NCBI GenBank assembly: GCA_041657425.1
Contig: JBBABY010000009.1
Span: 1 to 32,000 of the forward strand
Direction: 5' to 3'
DNA length: 32,000 bases
Source: an archaeon
Lineage (GTDB): Archaea; Iainarchaeota; Iainarchaeia; Iainarchaeales; CSSED10-239
This document shows, piece by piece, positions 6,201-15,300 of the stretch (positions within the stretch are counted from its first letter, which is position 1; each line of letters starts with the position of its first letter). Under the pieces are notes generated by a model, which worked only from the letters and a program-made list of their open reading frames with translations, did not search any database and was not told where the DNA came from. The translations under genes were made by a program, and so were the position numbers.

Positions 6201-8358
6201 TGACTGGATGCCAGGACCTGAGTACTTCCAGAACTTTAGGATAGGGGATCCATACTCGAAGGTAGACTTCGGCGAGATCCGACTGCCAGGTAGTGGCTAT
6301 GAAAAGTTCTATACGCCAGGAGCTGGCGTTGTTGAGGCTGCCCGTAGTCTAGGCACCCAGAACCTAGGGATAGCTAATACATATCCTGAGTACTCAATGT
6401 TGGATATCTATAGAATCACAGGAGACGTAGCACCATGGAGCCCACAATACAGGTACGCTAAAGCATACCTTGGCTCTATGTCGAAGGCAGGACTTCTAAC
6501 TCCAGAGGGTGAAGAAGAACGTAAGAAGGTTGCCAAGGAAGTACCCCTACGTAAGCGCAGATGGGATTTCACAGAGCGCAAATTCTCTGAGGGCGATCTA
6601 CAAAATGAACTGCTTACTGTATCATCCTATCTTGGCAATGGCGCCTTTGAAGCTGAAGGCCAAAGGGGAATCTTTAAGCTAGCAGGGATTAAGAGTTTAA
6701 CTCCCGAAGGTGAGGAAAGACTAAAGTCTAACTTAACACCTGGAAGCACGATTCTTGCTCAGACCCTAGCTGACGAACGCTATAGGACTAAGGACCTTAC
6801 GGTCCCAACAACCCCAGTTATAATTGGTGGTCTCAATAGAGGACTTGTAACATCTGGTGAAGCAGAGTTCGATAAGACTGGACCCGGCGAAGTATTCGCC
6901 CCTATGAATCTTAAGGTCCAGTACAATCCCATCGAGCGAATGGTTGGAGGCCTCTGGGAGGATATAAGTCACGCAGACGTTCCCTATCTCCAAACGAAGT
7001 TCATGCACAAACGTACCGCTCTTGAAGAGTGGGAAAGAACTATGGTCTACGGTAGAGACTCGTCCTCGTGGTCGAGACCTATCCGAGACTTCGTCGAACC
7101 CCTAATACATAAAATGATGGGCGGAGGCATTGTTGGCTCTGCCCTACTAGGTGGTGGCCTAGGTTGGTTTACAGGTGCTACCCGTAGTGCAGAAACAGAA
7201 GTGGGTGCTTCTACTATAGGCGCTCTAGCAGAGGCTGCGGGCAAGGCTGGCAAGGTATCTCTAGCGGGTAATCGTACTAGGATACTAACTGCGGGGGTAG
7301 GAGCTATCATTGGTGGAGGCCTCGCCTTGGCAGGAGGAGTACTTGGACTTGGCGGGTCAAATTGGGTACCAGAGTATAGAAAGAAGATCTGGGATACGGA
7401 ACAGTACTTTGATACTCTAGAGTATCTTAAGTACCAAGGGCTCTACGCTAAGTCTCGTAGGGAATCTATGCAGCAGACGGGCATGGATCCCGAAGAGCTT
7501 ATGCAATCTATTGAGGCATCACGTCGTGCTAGAAAGACTATCGCCGATCAACTCAAAACTGAGTATGGAGACCTGGGCCTACAAAGAAAGAAGACCGAGA
7601 GCGCCAAGGAGATAGAAAGCATTAAGAAGCGCAGAGATCTTGTAGCTGCCCAAATTGAAAGACTAAGTTATCAGAAGTGGACAGAGGATGCTGCACTAGA
7701 TGCTGTTGCTGGGACCCCAGTTGGTAGAGCTCTTGAGTATCGCAAGAGGGCTACATCAACTATGTATGGAGCGGACCCGAGGGGAGACTTTGCCAGTATC
7801 ATGAGGGCCCTCCCCAATAAGCAACGTGAGTTCTTCCAGGCCTTTGTACAGGCGCCCCAAGAAGAGCGTTCTAGAATCCTTGAGACCACACCTCTTGGGA
7901 TGCGCCGCTTCCTTGAAGCCAAGTGGGGCATGGATGTAGAAGCCAATCCAGACCTAACAAGTTACTTCCAGGAGAACTACCTGCCAGCAGAGAACTGGGT
8001 AGGATGGCATCCTGCGGTTAATCTGGATGATGTCAAGCTTAAGGTAGCGCGCCAAGAAGGCCTAGATATACATGACTTTAACCTATGGGAGTCATCGGAG
8101 CGTGAGCTAAGTAGAAAACCCTATGTGCCCCTAATCGACCCATTCACAGCCAGTGACGATCAGGGTCAGATGAAGAGCCAGATAGCCGACATCATAGGCG
8201 GTCAAGGTTATAATAACTATGATATCAGTGTTACTCCCTATGCTTCTGATAGAGAGGGAATCAACTTGAACTTTGATGTCAAGTATGCTACCCAGCCTGA
8301 CGCTGTCGAATACATACGTAAAAACCTAGGCAACCTAATGAGCCCCGCATATGGCTAA
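3265..8358 (+). CDS. giant tape-measure-like / ejection protein (1697 aa) with multiple glycine-zipper hydrophobic segments
   Basis: GTG 3265 has GAAGG 7 nt upstream; an alternative start is ATG 3283. It sits directly after the chaperone pair. Gly/Ala-rich hydrophobic segments occur at aa ~10-130, ~600-690 and ~1285-1365. Examples are LGLGGLAGLAGL, YGALGMALVAGGAYATG, GLVAGMAASAALGFGG, GGGIVGSALLGGGLGWFTGA and AIIGGGLALAGGVLGLGG. A charged coiled-coil-like stretch lies at aa ~1400-1470. I recognised no enzymatic motif. Confidence 0.5.
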   Translation: MPLPPSMLRNATLGLGGLAGLAGLRSDTASDFNDQGSKDTPTSVAFAAGIGATTTAAVMLGVNYAMKRASTPALQGRYGALGMALVAGGAYATGRIFSRYNPAKMYEGDQRSALPGVLQGVMGLGALWYGGKAISPYLARSVANFDMQARPWFSAVGRAFDETQIDFKNLPNSVRDFKNAFTQNLQATREMYAHNQLEGPPLTKYLSLYSNIINSISDPAMRGTMLEGANQQLLKRHSLADLNVINGIRSATFSDLLHHSGLPVDSPVMGKARTVANLLYDKVMFDKLGLGKGVMFDTRSKKILNLNAYTPGSMLKSGLLGFEKNFTIPVAGFNPISILRPREISGYFSQGHQFHYFPAGSKLGPKATEVAGPMGAYFSAGRLYDVATRRDTGIKGSLVKAGRWVEGEVRHHQETRFGETMRMFHGEGLGKEASPGFINIGHTQVRAPDTLIKKALAFIEAGPQTGFPQVQSVPERFIDVVKNKKGISGVANAIKESMRMLLGETDEAAAYMSPYRKLGSSTNVFPTMAAGKGSSFAFLADKDIPGAAAFFLTNRPTRLLESLGVGGFDPRTTRTATDVIKKLVLYRFLPVYLAWKSLQFTNDMSNAALGIGPLEAGASLFAGANVGMAYMRDILGITGMAQYLEELMPGFITASGPSLARGIGLPILGGTKFGPKGLVAGMAASAALGFGGDITKTGTEKADEYFGDARVPLKQGRWWMFGSTPFEGGKVKEFIPNWYQRVMSRYQYTDVQYGSELKYWSQYLNPWYMSEYHYYDRPYPLATTGIEEIPFIGPALSSIAPTRSMHGDEFSTGGVLGTGIGPGSGLGLGGGPATAMLMPTISGPTAVYPQETVGGYIAGTPEEEGIAGGVNPMLGGLPPDAASLPNGLGGTAGEEIYRMTEYMGLYGFGIGAIKEQLTGSQDFFTGPQIQSARYMDSAERSYWEQNVGDPFGYTEMFRRFLPHRRRQIDQVNPIPNTMPDWMPGPEYFQNFRIGDPYSKVDFGEIRLPGSGYEKFYTPGAGVVEAARSLGTQNLGIANTYPEYSMLDIYRITGDVAPWSPQYRYAKAYLGSMSKAGLLTPEGEEERKKVAKEVPLRKRRWDFTERKFSEGDLQNELLTVSSYLGNGAFEAEGQRGIFKLAGIKSLTPEGEERLKSNLTPGSTILAQTLADERYRTKDLTVPTTPVIIGGLNRGLVTSGEAEFDKTGPGEVFAPMNLKVQYNPIERMVGGLWEDISHADVPYLQTKFMHKRTALEEWERTMVYGRDSSSWSRPIRDFVEPLIHKMMGGGIVGSALLGGGLGWFTGATRSAETEVGASTIGALAEAAGKAGKVSLAGNRTRILTAGVGAIIGGGLALAGGVLGLGGSNWVPEYRKKIWDTEQYFDTLEYLKYQGLYAKSRRESMQQTGMDPEELMQSIEASRRARKTIADQLKTEYGDLGLQRKKTESAKEIESIKKRRDLVAAQIERLSYQKWTEDAALDAVAGTPVGRALEYRKRATSTMYGADPRGDFASIMRALPNKQREFFQAFVQAPQEERSRILETTPLGMRRFLEAKWGMDVEANPDLTSYFQENYLPAENWVGWHPAVNLDDVKLKVARQEGLDIHDFNLWESSERELSRKPYVPLIDPFTASDDQGQMKSQIADIIGGQGYNNYDISVTPYASDREGINLNFDVKYATQPDAVEYIRKNLGNLMSPAYG

Positions 8359-11300
8359 TATGGAACACTATAACCGTCTCCGCGGTATGTTCAAATTTGA
8401 CCTGCCCAAGTATGAGGTTAGGGGTAGTGGTCTCGTTTGGCATAATGCCTCACTTATTAGTCCACTCGATATACGCATAGGCACGGGCAAGGGTGGAGAA
8501 GCCGTTTACCAAGAACTTGGTGACTGGCTAAATAAGCACGCCGCTCGACTGCTAAGTCTCCCCAAGGCGAGACAGCAGGAGTTAGTTCAAGAACTGGGCT
8601 CAACCGCAGAACAGATGCTAGACATCGCTCCTAAGATAACAGGAGCTGGTGGTGTTTATGTTCCTATGTCCTCTGCCTTACGTAAGTCTATGGCTATTGA
8701 CCTCCCTGCTTATAAGGGATATAAGAGCCTAGAGGGACAGAGGGGAACAACTAGTGTAGCCAAGATGGGCTACTATAGAAATTGGGGAAGACGAGTAGAA
8801 GCTGCAGGCGGCGCCTTTGGTGGACTATCTGATGACAACATTGGTAACTTCATATACGCTAGAGAAGATATCGGCCGCTATATGGCTGGCCAAGGATCAT
8901 ACCTTAGCTCAAGAAAGCCTACAACTCTTGAGAACTACCTGGGCCTAAGTGGTAGTACGCCGGGCGCTAGACTAACAGCTGACGCTCTTTATACGGCAGA
9001 GCGCGTGCTCCATCTGCAAGACCAGCAGAAGTTATTCACACATGGTTCTGCATCGAGTGCAATGCACGATCGCGTAGCCGCCCACCTATATAATACAGGT
9101 AAGATTGTCCAAGCTACTATCCCTAACGCTCAGGCCCTCCGAAGCAGCAGTGTGGCTGGCCTACTACTAGGCGGACCTGCCATCGGTCGTAAGGGTATCT
9201 TTGGAGATATTAAAGCACAGCGCGCTTCCGTAGAAGCCTTTAGTCTGACTGCCCTTGGGCGCTGGTACGATCCCGCAGGCCTTAATGAATTAATGCAGAA
9301 AGTACATACACCTGGAGCTGTTCTCAGCTCGGAAGAGTATGTACGTCTAAAGGCATCGACACCTGGGCGAGCCGAAGATCTGATTAGTGTACTTGATAAG
9401 TTCAGACTTGAGCCGAATGCCGGAGGTGTCAGCCCGGAAGTACGGGCCTACGAGAGCCTGGGGAAGAGAGTCCCGCTCGAAGTCTCTGTGGCTGCAGCCG
9501 CCCATGAAGGTGATGCCCTTAATCTAACTATGCAAGTTAGCCACGGTCTTGTAGAAGGCAACAAGGTTTCCTTCCTCGACAGGAAAGCACGTCTTGGAAC
9601 TCTTGAAGATGCTGGCTTTGATGCTGCCCTAGGAGATATCGTGTCAGCTGGAGGCTTGTCTGGTAGAGAAGCTGCTGCCGTTAGAGGGGCAGATGTAATC
9701 CTTCCTCCTATCAGTGCAAAGGGCGGAGATGTACAGCGTATTATGCGCCAGTGGTGGGAACCATATCTCAACGCCCTAACCATCCCAGAAGCTGGGGTCT
9801 TTACTGAAGAACAAACTGTAGCCAACTTAGATACCATCGCTGCTGGATTTGAGAAGACTTTAGGAACCAAGGCCAAAGTTATCCGTCTAGCTAACGGCCA
9901 GAGAAGACTGGAAGTTCCGGGTGTAACAGCATTCAATATGAAAGCCACCCGCTATCTACATGACCTACTAGTACAAAGCGGACAAGGCGCCGTTGCTGAA
10001 GACATCGCTTCTCTTAGAAGACTGCCTGTTAATATGCACGCCTTACCACAAGAGTTGTTCTCTAAGATTGGCCCCGAGGTTGGTGGCGTAAGCGCCCTAG
10101 AGGCTCTTGGGTTCCAGATCGAGGGCTACGGTGGCCTAGCCCAGCAAGTAATGAATGCAACTGCACCTCGTGGCGGTAAACGTAAAGCTATGATGAACGA
10201 GATGCATTATATAAGCGCATCCTATTCTGGTATCCCAGGATATACAACTCCCACTAACAAGATCTCCTATAAGGATCTTGATTATAGAATGATACAAACC
10301 TTCGCTCCTGGCCGTGGTGGTATTGTGCCCCAGCCTCCCATAGGGGAGGGTAACCCTCTATCAATCCTGTACCACGAGAAGATGGCTAAAGCAACTAAGC
10401 CTACGGGCAGTGAGTTTAGTGCTTACTATATGCCAACAGAAGTAGAGCTACCTGTTGATGTAGTAACCAAGAGTGGTAAAACAACTAATAAGATCCTATT
10501 CACTAGTGCTAACTTAAAGAATATAAGAGGCGGTGCTGCCGGGACAGTGCGCAGCAGCGAACAACTACGCATAGAGCAAGCAATACTAGCCAACATAGCA
10601 GGCACAGGTGGGAACCTAAGCCAGCCAGAACTGCAACGCTTAGTTACCAGATATGAGAGTGAGCTTGAGACTGTTATAACTGGCAAGGAAGGCTTATACA
10701 ATAAAGCTATCCTAAAGGGTAGATCTTATGGTGCCCAAGGTTCACTAGGCTTCTTATCCGACGAAGCTGAGCGGGGACTACTAGGTCAGTTCGAAGAGGG
10801 AGCCGATGCCCTTGGTGGCATGGTTGGCGTCACAGAAGAACAGTTCATTAAGCTACGTGGTCTAAACGCTTTAAGGAAGCTCCCTGCAGAACAACGTCGT
10901 AGCGCCATAGAGTCCATGGTTCGCCAAGGCGAGTACATGATCTCTAATAGAAACCCATCTCCTGCTGGTATGGCTGTAGCCCGCGTTGGTATTATAGACT
11001 ATCTATCCGATAGGACCAAGGCAGGTATGATCACTTATAATGATCAGATCCTTGAGTCTGCAGGTATGGGCCTGTTCAAGAGGGCTGACATCGACGGAGA
11101 TATGGTTCGTATTATCAGTGGCTTCTCCAGAACGAGGAGCGCCCGCACGTCAACATATGACAAGCTAGCCAAGGACGCTTTTGTCTCTATGCTGCCCCAG
11201 TACCGGGCCGCTCGTACAGAAGCTGAGTCTAAGATGGTATCTGCTGCCGAAAAGATCGGTAGCCTAAGTTCCTTTGAAGAGTTTATGGGATCTGAAGAAG

Positions 11301-12352
11301 TAGCTTCGGCTGCTGGAAGAACACAACTTGACCTTCTAGATGATATGTTACAGAAGAAGTTTACTACGGGCCCCGCCCATAGTCTAATGATCGGTGTTGC
11401 TGAAGGAGCCCGGTATAACAAGCTTGGCGATGAAGAAGCCAACAGGTTAACTAAGGTTGCCAGATATATCTACCAAGAAGGCGGTCTGGATATTAAGCAA
11501 CAGAACGTTGTAGGAGGAGCCGTTTCTAACCTACAGGCTGCAATGTGGGATCGTGATCTCACAATGGGAGAGAGAGTTAATTTAACAAGGCCTCTACTTG
11601 AGGGCATTAATAAGAAACATCCTGAACTTGGTGGAGTAGACGATACAACTATCACCAATATGTTTAAGTCCTATGATGCTGGTAATGCCCAAGGCATGAT
11701 TGCTAAGAGTTACTCCAAGCTAGTAGGCCGTAGTAAGTCCTCGTTGGCTCAGCCAATGGCCTTTAGGCGAGCACCTGATTACGCTATGGGTCCTGCTGAA
11801 GTGGTAGATTCAACTCTTATGGGTATGATGAGAAATGCAGGGTCTATCCAGAGCGTAGGACAGAACATAGGCGAGAAGAACGCAGCAGTAGCTGCTGCCG
11901 TAGAGCAACCACGCACATGGGAAGGAAAGGCTAGCGAAGCCATCGACTGGATAGGTAAGCGGGTATCTGATTATGGCGAGGGCTTGAAAGCTGGCAAGGG
12001 ATGGGGTAAACTAGCTATCGGGGCCGGAGTCCTAGCCGGGATTGGACTATCTCTACGTCGTCCACCTAGGATGGATACTATGGAGGCTACCCAGGAATCT
12101 GACCAGCCAGTAGTTATCCCCAGAAGACAGCGCAATCTAAGTGTAATGACTAAGAGTCAGTATGATGTTAGAATAAAGCTGAGAGATGCCCAAAGGCAGG
12201 ACAACCGCGCCTTTATCAACCTCTCCGAAGCTATAGCCGGTAAGTTCAGCCAACCCTCTAACGTCCGCATGCATATTCGAGATGACTCAAACGATGTCAA
12301 CTATGACAAGGTGTTTCGCGACGCCTATAACCAAGAAATGAGAGCCGGATAA
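8351..12352 (+). CDS. giant virion/ejection protein (1333 aa) with a candidate two-barrel RNA polymerase catalytic signature
   Basis: ATG 8351 overlaps the upstream stop by 8 nt; an alternative start is ATG 8360. NRNPSPAGM (aa 866-874) and ADIDGDMV (aa 912-919) match the NRxP...DxDGD pattern of beta-prime-type DPBB domains. A C-terminal hydrophobic segment GKLAIGAGVLAGIGLSL lies at nt ~12003-12053. The stop is tandem, TAA TAA at 12350-12355. Confidence 0.45.
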   Translation: MANMEHYNRLRGMFKFDLPKYEVRGSGLVWHNASLISPLDIRIGTGKGGEAVYQELGDWLNKHAARLLSLPKARQQELVQELGSTAEQMLDIAPKITGAGGVYVPMSSALRKSMAIDLPAYKGYKSLEGQRGTTSVAKMGYYRNWGRRVEAAGGAFGGLSDDNIGNFIYAREDIGRYMAGQGSYLSSRKPTTLENYLGLSGSTPGARLTADALYTAERVLHLQDQQKLFTHGSASSAMHDRVAAHLYNTGKIVQATIPNAQALRSSSVAGLLLGGPAIGRKGIFGDIKAQRASVEAFSLTALGRWYDPAGLNELMQKVHTPGAVLSSEEYVRLKASTPGRAEDLISVLDKFRLEPNAGGVSPEVRAYESLGKRVPLEVSVAAAAHEGDALNLTMQVSHGLVEGNKVSFLDRKARLGTLEDAGFDAALGDIVSAGGLSGREAAAVRGADVILPPISAKGGDVQRIMRQWWEPYLNALTIPEAGVFTEEQTVANLDTIAAGFEKTLGTKAKVIRLANGQRRLEVPGVTAFNMKATRYLHDLLVQSGQGAVAEDIASLRRLPVNMHALPQELFSKIGPEVGGVSALEALGFQIEGYGGLAQQVMNATAPRGGKRKAMMNEMHYISASYSGIPGYTTPTNKISYKDLDYRMIQTFAPGRGGIVPQPPIGEGNPLSILYHEKMAKATKPTGSEFSAYYMPTEVELPVDVVTKSGKTTNKILFTSANLKNIRGGAAGTVRSSEQLRIEQAILANIAGTGGNLSQPELQRLVTRYESELETVITGKEGLYNKAILKGRSYGAQGSLGFLSDEAERGLLGQFEEGADALGGMVGVTEEQFIKLRGLNALRKLPAEQRRSAIESMVRQGEYMISNRNPSPAGMAVARVGIIDYLSDRTKAGMITYNDQILESAGMGLFKRADIDGDMVRIISGFSRTRSARTSTYDKLAKDAFVSMLPQYRAARTEAESKMVSAAEKIGSLSSFEEFMGSEEVASAAGRTQLDLLDDMLQKKFTTGPAHSLMIGVAEGARYNKLGDEEANRLTKVARYIYQEGGLDIKQQNVVGGAVSNLQAAMWDRDLTMGERVNLTRPLLEGINKKHPELGGVDDTTITNMFKSYDAGNAQGMIAKSYSKLVGRSKSSLAQPMAFRRAPDYAMGPAEVVDSTLMGMMRNAGSIQSVGQNIGEKNAAVAAAVEQPRTWEGKASEAIDWIGKRVSDYGEGLKAGKGWGKLAIGAGVLAGIGLSLRRPPRMDTMEATQESDQPVVIPRRQRNLSVMTKSQYDVRIKLRDAQRQDNRAFINLSEAIAGKFSQPSNVRMHIRDDSNDVNYDKVFRDAYNQEMRAG
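10946..11101 (+). other. candidate beta-prime-like double-psi beta-barrel active-site region (NRxP ... DxDGD)
   Basis: AAT AGA AAC CCA at 10946-10957 encodes N866-R-N-P. GAC ATC GAC GGA GAT at 11087-11101 encodes D913-I-D915-G-D917. The spacing of about 46 aa is comparable to NRAPTLH...NADFDGD in bacterial beta-prime and NPxLHPGD...DLDGD in cellular RdRPs. Confidence 0.4.
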
Positions 12353-12356
12353 TAAT

Positions 12357-15300
12357 ATGGCAGATAAAAGATCACAAGAAGATATAGCCGTTGGATCTTG
12401 GACTAATGAAGCATCTAACTTGCCAGGCGCAACGCGCCTTGGTTACATCTGGCTCAACGTCCCTCCCATCTCTATTTCATACGACCTGAATACCAATAAC
12501 GATACCATGATGACCATGCGTCAGCAAGGCCCTAGTATTATTAAGACGGGTCGTACTATGATGACGTTCGAAATGCAGCTTGTGTTTACCGGCCGCCACA
12601 TGATCAATACAAAGCTAGCGCCTATACTGGCCATGATCCGCCGCTCCCCATATACTACAATCTCTAACGAGACTGTAGCTAAGATCCTTGGAGAAACATC
12701 TCAGGATGCAGATAGCCTTAAGGGTCTTGTAGAAATACCTATTGTGGTTAGTGGCTATACACTCAATACCGAACCCTCCCTTCCCGACACTATAACTATG
12801 CACCTGGCATTCATGATCTACAACTATACATCCTTCCTTAAGAGTTGGGTATATCTTAAGCAGGGTGTGCGCAGAGATAGCAATGGTCGCGAGACAGCTT
12901 TTAGAGAAGACGGTGTCCCCATCATTGAACCAGCGTTATCTGCTGAACATAGTAACCTATACACCCAGTGGTGCGATAGCCTAATCAAGTCTAAGGATGA
13001 TATTAGCAGTTTCATGTTCGATGGAGAAGTTGCGCCCACAGAGATTGGTGCATCTAAAAAGACTCGGGCAGGTATAAAGAATGAGTCGTCCTATACCGAT
13101 CTACAAACTAGGGTTGATATAAAGGACCGCGCGGTCCTACGCAATGGAGATGCAGTTATCAAGGTTGGTGACTCCTTTCCTAATACCCCTACCAATGTAA
13201 CCATTGGGTACCATGTCTATGAACTAAGTGATGCTCTTAATCTAGATCTGGGTGCCTATCAGAGTAAGAGGACCGGGGAGTGGATCTGGACAAAGGAAGA
13301 CATGAGGCGGGATATCGTTGGCTTCATTAAGGATGAGTTTGATGTCACGGTTGATGCTAAGGAAAATGTAGAGACCCTAGTTGTTAAGTACCGTGAGTAT
13401 CTAGAAGAACTCCCTGTATACAATGTTGCCTTCAAGTACATTAAGAAGGTATCTATTACTAATACTAGCTATCGTGTAATCGACGGCATGTCATTAAGGC
13501 GCTCAGTGCCTCTATCTGTTCTACCCCTGGTGTCATCTCCCGTTCCTACGGTACAGTATCTGGGCGGTGCCACCACAGACATCAGCTTTTCCATTACCTC
13601 AACCAGCGAAGACGATGTCAGAAAGTTAACAACTATCTTCGCAAAGGTAGAAGAGAGCTGTCGGAACAAAATTCACCACAGTGGATCCCAGTTGATTTAC
13701 GTTGAATCTGATTTAGCCAACTTGAATGGCACATTTGTCATCACGACCAAAGGTATCAACGCCCAGTCAGTTCCCTCGCTTCCTGGGACCTTTGTCATGA
13801 ATGTCAGTCTATCCGAACAGACTGAGGTCTCTAGGTCTCTTGTAATGCCAGAACAGTATAGTACAGAGAGACGCAAAGCCATTATTAAGGACATCCTGAC
13901 CTATTATAAGAAGTGGGATTCGTCCAAGATCATGGCTGGCGACCGCTATATATTCGATAAGCAGAAGCCATCTTATATCGAAACCATCCTTATCCCGTCA
14001 CTTGTTAGGGTAATACGTAATGGATATCTGCGTTATCTTAAAGAGCAGAACTTTGGTGTTGCTACTCCAGGAGAGGACTTCTTAAGTGCTGCAGATCTAA
14101 TGTCTATCCAGCCGGAGACCAGTAGTAATGTTATGCAAGTCCAGGATGAACGTAGGGCAGTTAACCTAAGCCAAGAAATGCAAATAGGAATAGAGTACGA
14201 AACAAGTACAGGTTTCTGGACAACTGAAAAGATGCTTGGTTCATCAAGACTAACATCCTTCATGAATCCTATCTGGAAGATAGTAACCGGCCAACTAGGA
14301 CATCATGAGTTGATAGCCACCAGCGCTAGGAACAACCGCGTTTGGACAGGCCTAATAAGGTGGCTTATTACTCTACTGCCACCGGGATCTGAAAAAGATC
14401 AGCACGGCCAGATGGTAACTAATGAACAAAAGCAGATTATGGGTGCAGTGGAAGCTATTAACAAGTCCGACTCTAGAAGGTTAGCTCTCCTGCTGCGTAG
14501 CCCCAAACTATTAGATTGGGAGCAGCGCATTATGGCTGGGGAAGATGTAGCCCTCTTCGAGTCTTCCAAGACCATTAATGCTGACGCCCAGATAGACTTC
14601 GACTCCTACAAGAAGTATGAGTATCTCTATCCCAAGGACAAAGATGGCAAGCCTAGCTTTGATGACAAGAAGGCTGTAGAGGACTTCGAGTCCAAGAAGA
14701 TTCTATCCTGCTATCCAGATCTTGGGATCCCTTTCAGGTATGCCTGTGTTAATAGCAAGGGCGAGCAACTCTATACCTATGTCAATGTGAAAGAAGACAA
14801 TACCAAGGTTCGTGTGAAGATGGGGAATAGTTCTATTATGAGACTTGATGGGACGCCCAGCCCAGCAACATCGCTAACTATAGATCTGATTGCTAGAGTA
14901 GGCGGCGCTAGAACAAGACTAAAACAGCCTACAGACTATACGGTTTCAGGTGTCAAGGTTTCCTTTACAACTGTCCCTTCAAGAAGTGACTATGAGATTG
15001 AGATCAACTACTCGACTAGAAAGCCCGTTACTCTTCTAGCTACCAATCCAGCCTTCTATCTAGCCGACCAGACATTGCTAGACTCGCAGGAGACACAGAA
15101 GCTCCTTGCTGAAAAACCTGCTGATATCAATGCTAAGCATGATACCCTGGGGTTCAATAGCCCTGTGACCATTGAGAGGATCTTCGGGACAACCGTAGTT
15201 CCATCTAATGTCATCTCCAATACATGGAGTACAAGCGGCGTTAATCAATTCAGTGCTAGCCTGTCAATGGAAGACCCTGCCGGCAACAAGGTTTCAGCAG

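Noticed and set aside
9063-9075. A cyanobacterial HIP1 palindrome (GCGATCGC) as a host marker.
   Set aside because: I saw only partial CGATCGCG matches, here and near 16388. There is no evidence of HIP1 over-representation.
9448-9948. Long antisense ORFs inside the giant genes, here 166 aa. Others lie at 11044-11442, 18962-19336, 19415-19741, 22043-22387 and 25231-25560.
   Set aside because: All lie wholly within much longer plus-strand ORFs and lack SD sites. They have Ser/Pro/Arg/Ala-rich shadow-frame composition.
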